A stretch of DNA of 64,000 nt from an uncultured Gammaproteobacteria bacterium (GTDB taxonomy: Bacteria; Patescibacteriota; Patescibacteriia; Patescibacteriales; GWC2-42-12). The stretch is taken from positions 4,070 through 68,069 of the forward strand of contig CAYXNZ010000001.1 in assembly GCA_964467155.1 (NCBI GenBank), written 5' to 3'. The position numbers and the translations under genes are program-made. This document shows positions 28,601-37,440 of the stretch, piece after piece (within the stretch, counting starts at the first letter, position 1; each line of letters begins with the position of its first letter). A model generated the notes under the pieces. That model made no database searches and had not been told where the DNA came from. It saw only the letters and a list, made by a program, of their open reading frames with translations.

Positions 28601-29103
28601 CAGAAGATGGTAAAGCACAATTGTATAGCGGAAGAACTGGTGAACCTTTTGATAATCGAGTGGTGGTTGGTATAAAGTATATGTTGAAATTAAATCATAT
28701 GGTTGAAGATAAAGTTCACCAACGTTCAATTGGTCCTTATTCTTTAATTACTCAGCAACCTTTAGGCGGTAAAGCTCAGTTTGGTGGACAAAGATTTGGT
28801 GAGATGGAAGTTTGGGCATTAGAAGCTTATGGTGCAGCCCATTGTCTTCAAGAGATTTTAACTATTAAATCAGATGACGTTCCAGGTCGAAGTAAAGCCT
28901 ATGAGGCGATTATCAAAGGTGAGCCGATTAGAAAAATGAATGTACCAGAATCTTTTAACGTGTTGTTAAGAGAGTTAAAAGGTTTGGGTTTGAATATCGA
29001 ATTAATGAGAGATAATCAAGTGGTTGATTTTGAAAGTTCTACTGAAGAAGACAAAAAAACAGAAGCTAATGAAGAATCTTCGAATGAAAAACGAATAAAT
29101 TAA
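25648..29103 (+). CDS. rpoB: DNA-directed RNA polymerase subunit beta
   Basis: Conserved blocks are present throughout (GTFIVNGIERVVVSQL, NMQRQAVP, GRHGNKGV, GGQRFGEMEVWALEAYGAA). Confidence 0.98.
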   Translation: MLNTSADRKFFIDSSKSIPLPDLIEIQKDSYKWFLEEGLSDLFEEVNPITDFIGRDLELSFVDYSFDEPKFSEAESKAKNITFEASLRVNAKLSNKKTTFSTTQEVFLGDFPLMTENGTFIVNGIERVVVSQLIRSAGVIFTSEFIKGKKYYGAKIIPNRGAWLEIETDMNNVIWVRIDRKRKVAITSLLRVFGYSSDEEIKALFSGGDEAINNENGDIQTSKEIDYIEATIAKDVAKNEAEGLKEVYKRIRPGDLATTDNARQLIHAMFFRFDRYDFDRVGRYKLNKRFGFDIPNTKENRVLRREDLITIIKEVIKKNITQEVDDDIDHLGNRRVRAIGELIQNKFRVGLARMERIIRDRMSIMEVDTLTPNKLVNARPVISVVKEFFMSSQLSQFMDQTNPLAELEHKRRLSAMGPGGLTRERAGFEVRDVHSTHYSRICPIATPEGPNIGLVGHLASYARLNSYGFIEAPYRRVLHDIENKPEIAEGKILREDIYEIKTDGEQGKKIALAGTMIDKKLAKEIKERRGNSTIPIKPVVTDEILYLDAFEEEKYISTASTTPTDDNGYFLVDKTEVRKYGEPSMEEVSDIDLIGVSANQIVSVATSLIPFLEHDDGIRALMGTNMQRQAVPLITAESPVVGTGIEARAAQDSGHVIIAKEDGEVSKMDGLNISIKNKEGKVKEYTLSKYLRSNASTCINQRPIVNKGDKIKKGQVLTDSSAVDKGELALGRNVLVAFMSWEGYNYEDAIIISERLVKEDIYSSIHIENYTLDVRDTKLGSEVITNDIPNISEEKLKDLDERGIVRIGAQVSSGDILVGKITPKGETELSAEEKLLRAIFGDKAKDVRDSSLYLEHGEHGKVVDIKIFSREDGDKLSAGVIQSIQITVANLRKIQVGDKMAGRHGNKGVTSRIVPAEDMPYMEDGTPIDIILSPLGVVSRMNLGQLLETHLGWAAKTLGYKVATPPLDGITQEQIVGELKKAGLPEDGKAQLYSGRTGEPFDNRVVVGIKYMLKLNHMVEDKVHQRSIGPYSLITQQPLGGKAQFGGQRFGEMEVWALEAYGAAHCLQEILTIKSDDVPGRSKAYEAIIKGEPIRKMNVPESFNVLLRELKGLGLNIELMRDNQVVDFESSTEEDKKTEANEESSNEKRIN

Positions 29104-29134
29104 TTAAAATTATAAATATAAAATTACTAATATT

Positions 29135-32100
29135 ATGCTTAATCCCATAAAAACGACAGATTTTGACGCGATAAAATTAAAATTAGCTTCACCAGAAGAA
29201 ATTTTATCGTGGTCGCATGGAGAAATTACTCGTCCGGAGACAATTAACTATCGTACTCAAAAACCGGAAAAAGAAGGTCTTTTCTGTGAGAAAATATTCG
29301 GTCCGTCAAAAGATTGGGAATGTTATTGTGGTAAATATAAAAAGATACGTTATAAAGGTATTATTTGTGATAAATGTGGTGTAGAGGTAACTCGTAGCGC
29401 TGTTAGACGTGAAAGAATGGGCCATATCAAATTAGAAGCACCAACAACACATATTTGGTTTTTGCGAGGAACTTCTTCTAAAATTGGTTTAATTTTAGAT
29501 ATGACAATGCAAGCGTTGGAAAAAGTTGTTTATTTCGCTAGTTTTATTATTAGTGAAGTTAATGAAGATTTACGACAGGCAACTTTGGATCAAGTAAAAC
29601 AAGAATTTAAATTAAAGAAAAAATCAATTGAATCAGAATTTACCAAACAAACATCTGAAATAAAAAACAAAAAAGGTAAGTTTAAAAATGAAGGAAAAGA
29701 TGAGGCAGAAATTGGAGAAATTATTACTCAAGAGATAGATTCTTTAGAGACTGTAAAAAATGAGAAAATACAAAAATTAGAGCAAGCTCTTGATCAAGCA
29801 CAAAAAGAACTGAAAGAATTAAAACCAATGGCTGTTATATCAGAGACTGCTTACCAAAACTTGAGTTTAAAGTATGGACATATCTTTACTGCTGGCATCG
29901 GTGCAGAAGCTATTAGAAAATTGTTGGAAGATATTGATATGGATAAAACTATTAGTGCATTAGAAAAAGAATTAACTGTATGCATAGATTCTAAAAAAGA
30001 AAAATTAGTTAGACGATTAAAATTATTAAAAAATCTTAGAGCGACTGAGATTAATCCAGCATGGATGGTTATGACAGTTATTCCAGTTATACCACCTGAT
30101 TTAAGACCAATGGTTCCGTTGGATGGTGGTAGATTTGCTACTTCAGATTTAAATGACTTATATCGAAGAATAATTAATCGTAATAATCGTTTAAGACAGT
30201 TAATTGAACTGAATGCACCAGAGGTAATTTGTCGAAATGAAAAAAGAATGCTTCAAGAAGCGGTTGATGCTTTGATTGATAATTCAATTAGACATGGTAA
30301 AACAGTTGTCGCATCAACTGGACAAAAACGTATGTTGAAGTCTTTGGCCGATTCACTGAAAGGTAAGCAAGGTAGATTTAGACAAAATCTTTTAGGTAAA
30401 AGAATTGATTATTCTGGTAGAAGTGTAATTGTAGTTAATCCAAGTTTAAAACTTGGTGAATGTGGATTACCAAAAAGAATGGCCTTAGAATTATTCAAAC
30501 CATTTATTATTAGTAAATTGATTAAACAAGAAATTGTTCATAATGTTCGTAGTGCTTCAAGATATATTGAATCAGGCAAAGAGGAGGTCTGGGATATATT
30601 GGAAGAAATTGTAAAAAAATCTTATGTTATGCTTAATCGAGCGCCAACTTTGCATCGTTTAGGTATTCAAGCTTTTCGACCAATTTTAATTGAAGGACTG
30701 GCCTTGCAAATTCATCCTTTGGTTTGTACTGCTTTTAATGCTGACTTTGACGGTGACCAAATGGCAGTTCATTTACCATTAACTGAAGAGGCAGTAGCTG
30801 AAGCAAGGGATATAATGCTAGCGACCCATAATTTATTAAAGCCAGCTACTGGAGATCCAGTCGTCGCGCCAAACCAAGATATTGTTTGGGGAGCTTATTA
30901 TATGACTGGTCTTCAATCAGAAAAAGATGAAAATAAATTAAAATGTTTTTCTTCTGAAACAGAAGCAAAATTAGCTTATTCATTAAAAAAGATAGGTTTA
31001 CGACAGTTGGTAAAAGTAAAAATTGGTAAGGAAATAATGGACACAACTGTTGGTCGGGTAATTTTCAATGAAGTTTTGCCAGATAAATTAAGATATGTAA
31101 ACGAAGTAGCCGGCAAAAATAAAGTAAAAGACATAGTGAAAAAATGTTTACGTTTATACGGAGAAGATACAACTGTAAAATTATTGGACGACATAAAAAC
31201 AAATAGTTTTAAATATATTACTCAGAGTGGGTTGTCTTGGGGGATCGGCGATTTGGTTGATTTTAAAGAAAAGGATGAATTAATTGAAAAAGCAAATAAA
31301 GAAGCAGAAAAAATTGAAGAACAATACGAAGAAGGTTTATTAACCAAGAGTGAACGTTTCGGAAAGATTATTGAGCTTTGGACAAATACAAAAGAAAAGG
31401 TAACTGAAATTTGTCGCAAAGAATTACCTCGAGATGGATCTATTTTTTCCATGATTGATTCAGGTGCTAGAGGAAGTTGGGCACAATTAACCCAAGTTCT
31501 AGGTATGAAAGGATTGGTTACTTCTCCAAGCGGTGAAATTATTGAATTACCGATCAAATGTAATTTTAAAAAAGGTTTTAGTGTTTTGGAATATTTTATT
31601 GCTACTCATGGTGTAAGAAAAGGTTTATCTGATACGGCTTTGAGAACTTCTAACGCTGGTTATTTAACTAGACGTTTAGTAGACGTTGCTCAAGACGTAA
31701 TTGTAGTAAAAGAAGACTGTGGAGATAAAGAAGGTTTAGTAATAAATAAAATAGAGAGCGAAGAAATGAGTTCAAGTGTTATTAAGAGAATCACCGGAAG
31801 ATATTTAGTAGATGATTTAAAAAATGTTAAAGGAAAAGTTTTAGTTAAGGTTGGTGAACTTGTTACTGAAGAAATAGTTGAAAAGATAAGCAAAGAAGAC
31901 ATTGAAGAAGCAAAAACAAGATCAGTTTTAAGTTGTAAATTAGAAAGAGGTATTTGTGCTAAATGCTATGGTTATGATTTAGCTTATAATAAAGCAGTTA
32001 AACTGGGTGTTTCAGCTGGTACTATAGCGGCTCAATCAATTGGTGAGCCTGGTACTCAATTAACCATGAGAACCTTTCATACTGGCGGTGTAGCTGGACA

Positions 32101-33064
32101 AGACGATATTACTCAGGGTTTGCCAAGAGTTGAAGAAATTTTTGAAGCGCGTATTCCAAAAAAACGAGCTTTTATTGCCGACGTTGCTGGTAAAATACAA
32201 ATTGAAACAGCTGAAAGAACTATCGAAGGTGAATTTGGTGACATGGTAGTCATTAGCACGCAAACAAAAATATTAAAGATTTATTATACAGGTGAAGAGA
32301 CAGATAAATATGCCTTTAATGAAATAATGAAAGAAGCTGGCTTAAAAAAGAGTGATAAAGTTGATATGAAAGTTATAGTTAAGAACGAAGAAGAAATAAG
32401 TAAAGGGTCAGCACTTCTCAGTTTGGGTGATAAAATTATTAAAGCTAAACGAGGCGGAAAAGTTAAAGTAGACGATAAATCCATCAAGATTACAACTGAA
32501 GCTGAAAAGGTAAAAGAATTCATCGTGCCAAAGAGTTTTAATATTTGGGTAAAGGATGGAGACATGGTTGAAGTAGGTGATCAGCTCACAGAAGGCAGTC
32601 TAGATCTTCAGCAATTATATAAATTGCGTGGTCGTTTAGCAACTCAGAAATACATAATTAAGGAAATTCAATACGTTTATTCATCTCAAGGACAGCCTCT
32701 GAATGATAAGCATATTGAAATAATTGCAAAACAGATATTTTCTAGAATTCACATATTAGATGAAGGCGATACAGGTTTATTATCAGGTGAAATAATTGAG
32801 AAAGCTGTTTTTGAGAAGACTAACAGAGAAGCAAAAAAAGCAGGCAAAAAACCAGCCAAAGGCGAGTTATTATTGTTAGGTATAACTAAATCTTCTTTAA
32901 CAACTGACAGCTTTTTGTCTTCAGCTTCATTTCAAGAAACAGCTAGAGTATTAATTGAAGCAGCAGTGACTGGTAAAGTTGATCATTTGATTGGCTTGAA
33001 AGAAAATGTGATAATTGGACGGCCGATTCCAGCTGGAACTGGTTTTAAGATTAGTAAAGAATAG
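29135..33064 (+). CDS. rpoC: DNA-directed RNA polymerase subunit beta'
   Basis: It has the zinc-binding CxC...CxxC, the catalytic NADFDGDQMAVH, the trigger loop and bridge helix. A coiled-coil lineage insertion lies near aa 140-300. Confidence 0.98.
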   Translation: MLNPIKTTDFDAIKLKLASPEEILSWSHGEITRPETINYRTQKPEKEGLFCEKIFGPSKDWECYCGKYKKIRYKGIICDKCGVEVTRSAVRRERMGHIKLEAPTTHIWFLRGTSSKIGLILDMTMQALEKVVYFASFIISEVNEDLRQATLDQVKQEFKLKKKSIESEFTKQTSEIKNKKGKFKNEGKDEAEIGEIITQEIDSLETVKNEKIQKLEQALDQAQKELKELKPMAVISETAYQNLSLKYGHIFTAGIGAEAIRKLLEDIDMDKTISALEKELTVCIDSKKEKLVRRLKLLKNLRATEINPAWMVMTVIPVIPPDLRPMVPLDGGRFATSDLNDLYRRIINRNNRLRQLIELNAPEVICRNEKRMLQEAVDALIDNSIRHGKTVVASTGQKRMLKSLADSLKGKQGRFRQNLLGKRIDYSGRSVIVVNPSLKLGECGLPKRMALELFKPFIISKLIKQEIVHNVRSASRYIESGKEEVWDILEEIVKKSYVMLNRAPTLHRLGIQAFRPILIEGLALQIHPLVCTAFNADFDGDQMAVHLPLTEEAVAEARDIMLATHNLLKPATGDPVVAPNQDIVWGAYYMTGLQSEKDENKLKCFSSETEAKLAYSLKKIGLRQLVKVKIGKEIMDTTVGRVIFNEVLPDKLRYVNEVAGKNKVKDIVKKCLRLYGEDTTVKLLDDIKTNSFKYITQSGLSWGIGDLVDFKEKDELIEKANKEAEKIEEQYEEGLLTKSERFGKIIELWTNTKEKVTEICRKELPRDGSIFSMIDSGARGSWAQLTQVLGMKGLVTSPSGEIIELPIKCNFKKGFSVLEYFIATHGVRKGLSDTALRTSNAGYLTRRLVDVAQDVIVVKEDCGDKEGLVINKIESEEMSSSVIKRITGRYLVDDLKNVKGKVLVKVGELVTEEIVEKISKEDIEEAKTRSVLSCKLERGICAKCYGYDLAYNKAVKLGVSAGTIAAQSIGEPGTQLTMRTFHTGGVAGQDDITQGLPRVEEIFEARIPKKRAFIADVAGKIQIETAERTIEGEFGDMVVISTQTKILKIYYTGEETDKYAFNEIMKEAGLKKSDKVDMKVIVKNEEEISKGSALLSLGDKIIKAKRGGKVKVDDKSIKITTEAEKVKEFIVPKSFNIWVKDGDMVEVGDQLTEGSLDLQQLYKLRGRLATQKYIIKEIQYVYSSQGQPLNDKHIEIIAKQIFSRIHILDEGDTGLLSGEIIEKAVFEKTNREAKKAGKKPAKGELLLLGITKSSLTTDSFLSSASFQETARVLIEAAVTGKVDHLIGLKENVIIGRPIPAGTGFKISKE

Positions 33065-33104
33065 AATAATTATAATTTGTTCTTTTATATATAGAACAAA
33101 AAAG

Positions 33105-33136
33105 GCGTCTCAGCTTAAACTGTGGCGTCTTTTTTG
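33105..33136 (+). terminator. probable rho-independent terminator after rpoC
   Basis: gcgtctcag pairs with ctgtggcgt (one mismatch, one GU), followed by T6. Confidence 0.4.
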
Positions 33137-33145
33137 GTTACTTTT

Positions 33146-33175
33146 TGTCATACCGGACCACGATCCGGTATCCAG
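33146..33175. repeat. family-1 half element (left arm only)
   Basis: tgtcataccggaccacgatccggtatccag closely matches the left arm at 8786-8816. No right arm is present. Confidence 0.7.
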
Positions 33176-33202
33176 AAAATATTTTGATATTTTTAGTAAT
33201 AA

Positions 33203-34120
33203 TTATTTTAGATTGTATTTTACTATATTATTTTCTGCCAATTCCTGAATGTATTCTATTTGTTTTTTCCCTCGTTCGGTTTTAAAAAGATGATTAAAAC
33301 GACCTTGTAATTTTAAGTATTCCTCAACTCTTGGTTGATTTTTTGGTGTTTTAATACTTTTAGACAGATTGCCATTTATATATTCAACAGCGGGGTAGTG
33401 ACCTGTTTGAGCAGCTAATTTGGCGACCTTAATTGTTTGATTTGGTTCAATCTTCCAGCCGGGAATACAAGGTACTAATATTTGCAAGTAAGACGGGCCA
33501 GGTGTGTTGATAGCTTTTTTTACCTTTTCAGTAATATCTGCCAGATAACCAGTTGTAGTTTGAGCAACATAGTTTAATCCATGTGCTAGAGCAATCGCTA
33601 GCATATCTTTTTTCCTCAAATGTGAGCCAATTGCATCAATAGTTTTCCCTTTGCCTGATGGTGTGGTGGTGGTGTGAGCACCCCACGGAGTGGCAGTACT
33701 AGCTTGCATGCCAGTATTCATATAAGCTTCATTATCATAACAAACATATAAAATATTTTCACCGCGTTCCCACATACCGCTGATTAAACCAAAGCCGATA
33801 TCAAAAGTTCCACCATCACCTCCTTGAACAACAACCTTTACTTGTTTTTCTTTTTTTTGTTGTTTTAAAGCAGCTGAAATACCAGAAGCAACAGCTGAGG
33901 CATTTTCAAACAGAGAATGAATCCAAGGCATTCCCCAGGCTGATTGTGGATATGGCGTTGAGACAACCTCAAGACAGCCAGTGGCGTTAGATATAATAAC
34001 ATTTGGTCCAAGCGCTTCGGCAACTGTTCGAGCAGCAATGGCTTGTCCGCAACCAGCACAAGCTCGATGTCCAGGCGAAAAGAGAGGTCGTTTAATTGAT
34101 TTTGTTTTGTTTTTTGGCAT
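33203..34120 (-). CDS. porB: 2-oxoacid:ferredoxin oxidoreductase, beta (TPP-binding) subunit
   Basis: PGHRACAGCG, GDGGTFDIGF and a TPP-binding pattern are present. The substrate is not determinable from sequence. Confidence 0.85.
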   Translation of the reverse strand: MPKNKTKSIKRPLFSPGHRACAGCGQAIAARTVAEALGPNVIISNATGCLEVVSTPYPQSAWGMPWIHSLFENASAVASGISAALKQQKKEKQVKVVVQGGDGGTFDIGFGLISGMWERGENILYVCYDNEAYMNTGMQASTATPWGAHTTTTPSGKGKTIDAIGSHLRKKDMLAIALAHGLNYVAQTTTGYLADITEKVKKAINTPGPSYLQILVPCIPGWKIEPNQTIKVAKLAAQTGHYPAVEYINGNLSKSIKTPKNQPRVEEYLKLQGRFNHLFKTERGKKQIEYIQELAENNIVKYNLK

Positions 34121-34141
34121 GCTATTTATAATTATTATTTT

Positions 34142-34354
34142 TTAATTTAATACCGGAATAGTTTTTTTTATATCTTCAATATTTTTTATTTTATTAAATT
34201 GACCTTTGAATTTAGAAGCATTTAATATTTCAATTAAAACTGGTTTTTTATTTTTTGATAAATGAATAATAAAATTACCAAGCTCAATTGCATGATCAAT
34301 TGAATCTTCTGTTATCTCCCAACTCAAAATGTCCGCTTCAATGTCGTAATCCAT
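34142..34354 (-). CDS. DUF2283-like small protein (putative antitoxin-like)
   Basis: MDYDIEADILSWEI...VLIEILNASKF matches the DUF2283 pattern from memory. Confidence 0.5.
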   Translation of the reverse strand: MDYDIEADILSWEITEDSIDHAIELGNFIIHLSKNKKPVLIEILNASKFKGQFNKIKNIEDIKKTIPVLN

Positions 34355-34385
34355 GATATTTGTATTATGTATTTAGTATAATGTA

Positions 34386-34760
34386 TTAAGTATTATTTCT
34401 TAAATATTTAATCAATCCGTTAATTAACTTATGAACGACAACTGTTAATTCTGCTATTTTATCAAATTTATTTTGATCAACATACCCAATATCTAAGGAA
34501 ATTAATAATTGATTTTGTAATTCAGTTAATGAGCCTTGAGCAATATAATAAAATTGCATTTTTTCTTTCGGTGATTGTCTGCTAAAACCTTCAGCGATAT
34601 TTGAAGTTATCGAAACTGCAGCTCTTCTGATTTGGTTAGTTAAGCCGAACAATTCTTCTTTAGGAAAATCTTTAGTTATTCTGTAGATTTCTATGACTAA
34701 TTTATGCCCCTCTTTCCATGCGTTAAGATCAGTAAAAGATTTAATTTTATTATTATCCAT
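34386..34760 (-). CDS. four-helix-bundle protein (23S rRNA intervening-sequence protein family, TIGR02436-like)
   Basis: FTDLNAWKEGHKLVIEIYRITKDFPKEE...QIRRAAVSITSNIAEGFSR...AQGSLTELQNQL. Confidence 0.85.
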   Translation of the reverse strand: MDNNKIKSFTDLNAWKEGHKLVIEIYRITKDFPKEELFGLTNQIRRAAVSITSNIAEGFSRQSPKEKMQFYYIAQGSLTELQNQLLISLDIGYVDQNKFDKIAELTVVVHKLINGLIKYLRNNT

Positions 34761-34780
34761 AATACTTTATACAAAATACA

Positions 34781-35002
34781 TTATACATTTTTGATTGGGT
34801 AAAAAGTAATTATTTTTACAGTGTCCGATTCTTTAGTGTAAATGACACCAATATTTTCTTTGTGTGATATTTGATAAATTGATTTTTTGCTAGTCTGGTC
34901 AGGCACGTTAACAGCATCTTCTATTTGCTCACGGGTGAAATAAACCTTATGTTTGTTTAATGTAGTGAATTTATTTTCAGCGTATTTGGTGAAATAAAGC
35001 AT
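34781..35002 (-). CDS. DUF4258-like small protein (putative toxin-like)
   Basis: It is about 73 aa with a YAENKF...VKIITFYP pattern. The assignment is tentative. Confidence 0.4.
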   Translation of the reverse strand: MLYFTKYAENKFTTLNKHKVYFTREQIEDAVNVPDQTSKKSIYQISHKENIGVIYTKESDTVKIITFYPIKNV

Positions 35003-35020
35003 AAACTCATAATTTAAAAA

Positions 35021-35776
35021 TTATTTATTGGGGCATCCTTCAATTTCACTACACGCTCTTGCATCAAAAACTACATATGGAGACCATGCTTTGCAGTCTG
35101 CTTCTGTGTCTTTTTGAACACATTGACTTATCTTGTCGACCTTATATTTTTTGCAGCAACCCTTAACTTCTATGGCACATTTTTTTGCTGTTGAATCCCA
35201 AAGAGTGCCTTCTCCTCCCCAACCATCCTTAGCTAGTCGATCACATTCAGACCTAGTTACATAACTTTTTCCATTATTTTCATCTATTTTACAACACCCG
35301 ACAACTGTTTTGTTAACTACTGTTGTTTCTATTGGTTTAAACTCAACCAGATTGGGGTTAACTGTATAGAGAATCATGTAAGAGCAGAGAGCCAAAACTA
35401 GACCAGACAATGAAGCAGCTATCCAAGATTTAGCGCTACTGATTCGCTCGTTATTACCGCCAGCCGTAATCCACAGTACTCCGCCAAACATTAAAACAAC
35501 AGCTGCTAATATGCCAACAATGCCTATGGCATATTTATAAATTGCAACGATGTATTTGCTTAATAATGTGCTCTGTAATTTGTCTCCAACTTTTTTACTG
35601 ACATCGTAAGTACCGGTTGTTTTAAAATCATCACCAATTCCAACTTGTGGTTTAAATTGTATTGGGGCCGCCTGAACAGTTTGAGGAGAGCTGATAATAC
35701 AAATTAATCCAACTAATTGAAAAGCAAAAATAAGTAGGAAGGATACAGCTATAATTTTTGGCAACTTGTTGTGCAT
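35021..35776 (-). CDS. VirB2/TrbC-like T4SS pilin family protein fused to a C-terminal cysteine-rich domain
   Basis: It has a signal peptide ending VQA and two TM helices around the loop (AIGIVGILAAVVLMFGGVLWITAGGNNERISSAKSWIAASLSGLVLALCSYMILYTVNP), typical of the CPR pilin family. Ten Cys then follow in about the last 90 aa, with two GCCK motifs. Confidence 0.65.
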   Translation of the reverse strand: MHNKLPKIIAVSFLLIFAFQLVGLICIISSPQTVQAAPIQFKPQVGIGDDFKTTGTYDVSKKVGDKLQSTLLSKYIVAIYKYAIGIVGILAAVVLMFGGVLWITAGGNNERISSAKSWIAASLSGLVLALCSYMILYTVNPNLVEFKPIETTVVNKTVVGCCKIDENNGKSYVTRSECDRLAKDGWGGEGTLWDSTAKKCAIEVKGCCKKYKVDKISQCVQKDTEADCKAWSPYVVFDARACSEIEGCPNK

Positions 35777-35802
35777 AGGTTTTTTAAATTTCTAAATTAT
35801 AA

Positions 35803-35810
35803 ATTATAAT
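35803..35810 (-). promoter_or_regulatory. candidate -10 box (ATTATAAT) for the pilin gene
   Basis: attataat lies about 27 nt upstream of ATG 35776 on the minus strand. This implies a promoter internal to the oxidoreductase operon. Confidence 0.3.
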
Positions 35811-35894
35811 ATCTAATAAATTTTTACTTTGATTTTTTATTTCGTGAATTTTTAATTAATTAACAGTACTTACGTATATTGAAGATTTACAAAT

Positions 35895-37037
35895 TTATCC
35901 AATAAATTCTAATTTATCTTTATTTTTTTTAACATCAGTGATAATATTTTCAATCATTTTTTTTGTGATATCACGACCACCGAGACCGACAATGTAATTT
36001 TTTATTTTTACTTTAATTTTTCCTTGAGCAGTTGCCATGATATCTATGCCCAATGGTCCAGAGCTACCCAGAGAGATAGCTTTGTCTAATACAGCGATAT
36101 ATTTTGCTTTATTAATGACGGATAAAATGGCTTCTTCTGGGAATGGACGATAACATTTTATTTTTAATACACCAACATTTTTTTCTGATTTAATTGTATC
36201 TTTAATTGTACCAACTACCGAACCCATGGCAACAATAATTGTTTTTGGATTTTTCGGACCAGAATATTCTATTAAACCATTGTTATGATTTGAATTCTTG
36301 GTTTTAAATATTTTTTGAAAGTTATTGTATTCCTTATTGATTGTTTTTTGACTATCCGTTAATTTGTCGTGCAAATCTTGGCGAATATCCATGTAATGCG
36401 TTGGTGTAGCCAAATAACCCATAGTAATTGGGTTCTTTGGGTCTAAATATTCATTAGTTTTTGGTTTATAATTAGGTAAATATTTTTTTATTTGTTTTTC
36501 TGTCGGTATATAAACTGGTTCATACGAATGAGTTAAAATAAAACCATCAACATTAACCATGACTGGTAATTTCAGTTGCTCGGCAAGTTTGTAGGCCATA
36601 ATATGTTGGTCAACAGCTTCTTGATGATTTTCTGAAAATAGCATAATCCAGCCAGCGTCTCGGACAGTCATGGCGTCTTGATGATCATTCCAGATACTAA
36701 TTGGAGCTGATATGGCTCGATTAGCACAAGTTAAAACAATTGGCAAACGCATGCCAGCGATATTAAAAATTACCTCAGCCATCAGAAGTAAACCTTGTGA
36801 ACTAGTGGCAGAATAAGTACGAACTCCAGTTGCACTAGCACCAGCGACAATGGAAGCAGCAGCAAATTCTGATTCAGCGCGAACATATTCATAGTTGGCT
36901 TCACCGTCAGCTTTAAATTTTGCCAAGTCTTCTACGATATGAGTTTGCGGAGTGATTGGATAAGCGGATATTACATTTGGTTTTATGTTTTTTATTGTTA
37001 GAGCAATTGCTCTTGAACCTTCTAAAATTTGTTTCAT
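35895..37037 (-). CDS. porA: 2-oxoacid:ferredoxin oxidoreductase, alpha subunit
   Basis: The N-terminus EGSRAIALTIKNIKPNVISAYPITPQT and a transketolase-like pyrimidine-binding domain are present. Confidence 0.85.
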   Translation of the reverse strand: MKQILEGSRAIALTIKNIKPNVISAYPITPQTHIVEDLAKFKADGEANYEYVRAESEFAAASIVAGASATGVRTYSATSSQGLLLMAEVIFNIAGMRLPIVLTCANRAISAPISIWNDHQDAMTVRDAGWIMLFSENHQEAVDQHIMAYKLAEQLKLPVMVNVDGFILTHSYEPVYIPTEKQIKKYLPNYKPKTNEYLDPKNPITMGYLATPTHYMDIRQDLHDKLTDSQKTINKEYNNFQKIFKTKNSNHNNGLIEYSGPKNPKTIIVAMGSVVGTIKDTIKSEKNVGVLKIKCYRPFPEEAILSVINKAKYIAVLDKAISLGSSGPLGIDIMATAQGKIKVKIKNYIVGLGGRDITKKMIENIITDVKKNKDKLEFIG

Positions 37038-37046
37038 ATAATGTTA

Positions 37047-37115
37047 TGTCATTCCCGCGAAAGCGGGAATCTATTTTTTAAATTATTCTGGATTCCCGCT
37101 TTCGCGGGAATGACA
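37047..37115. repeat. family-1 element between porD and porA
   Basis: tgtcattcccgcgaaagcgggaatc ... ggattcccgctttcgcgggaatgaca forms a near-perfect 25-nt inverted repeat. Confidence 0.85.
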
Positions 37116-37149
37116 AGTTTTTTATTTTGATTTTATATTTGCATTATTC

Positions 37150-37440
37150 CTACTTTTTTTCTAATTTCATAATAATAGCTTTGACTGGACATTCCTCCGC
37201 ACATAAACCACAACCCTTGCAATAATTAAGATCAACTTTGGGTTTTAGTTTTCCATTAGTTAATTCCATTTTTATAGCACCCTCTGGACAGAGTCGAGAA
37301 CAGGTCCCACAACCAATGCATTTATCAAAATCAAATTCAGGTCGATTAGTCCGCCAACCACCAGTTTTGTTTTTTTGAGCAGAAGCTGGATAAACTTTTA
37401 AATTTATTTTATTTTTCATAAACTTTATAAGCTTGTTCAA
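37150..37440 (-). CDS. porD: 2-oxoacid:ferredoxin oxidoreductase, delta subunit (2x[4Fe-4S] ferredoxin)
   Basis: CIGCGTCSRLCP and CKGCGLCAEECP motifs are present. Confidence 0.85.
   Translation of the reverse strand: MNKLIKFMKNKINLKVYPASAQKNKTGGWRTNRPEFDFDKCIGCGTCSRLCPEGAIKMELTNGKLKPKVDLNYCKGCGLCAEECPVKAIIMKLEKK

Noticed and set aside
33015-33248. Plus-strand 77-aa ORF spanning the rpoC stop, terminator and repeat
   Set aside because: It reads across a terminator and a family-1 half element and overlaps two well-supported genes. It is spurious.
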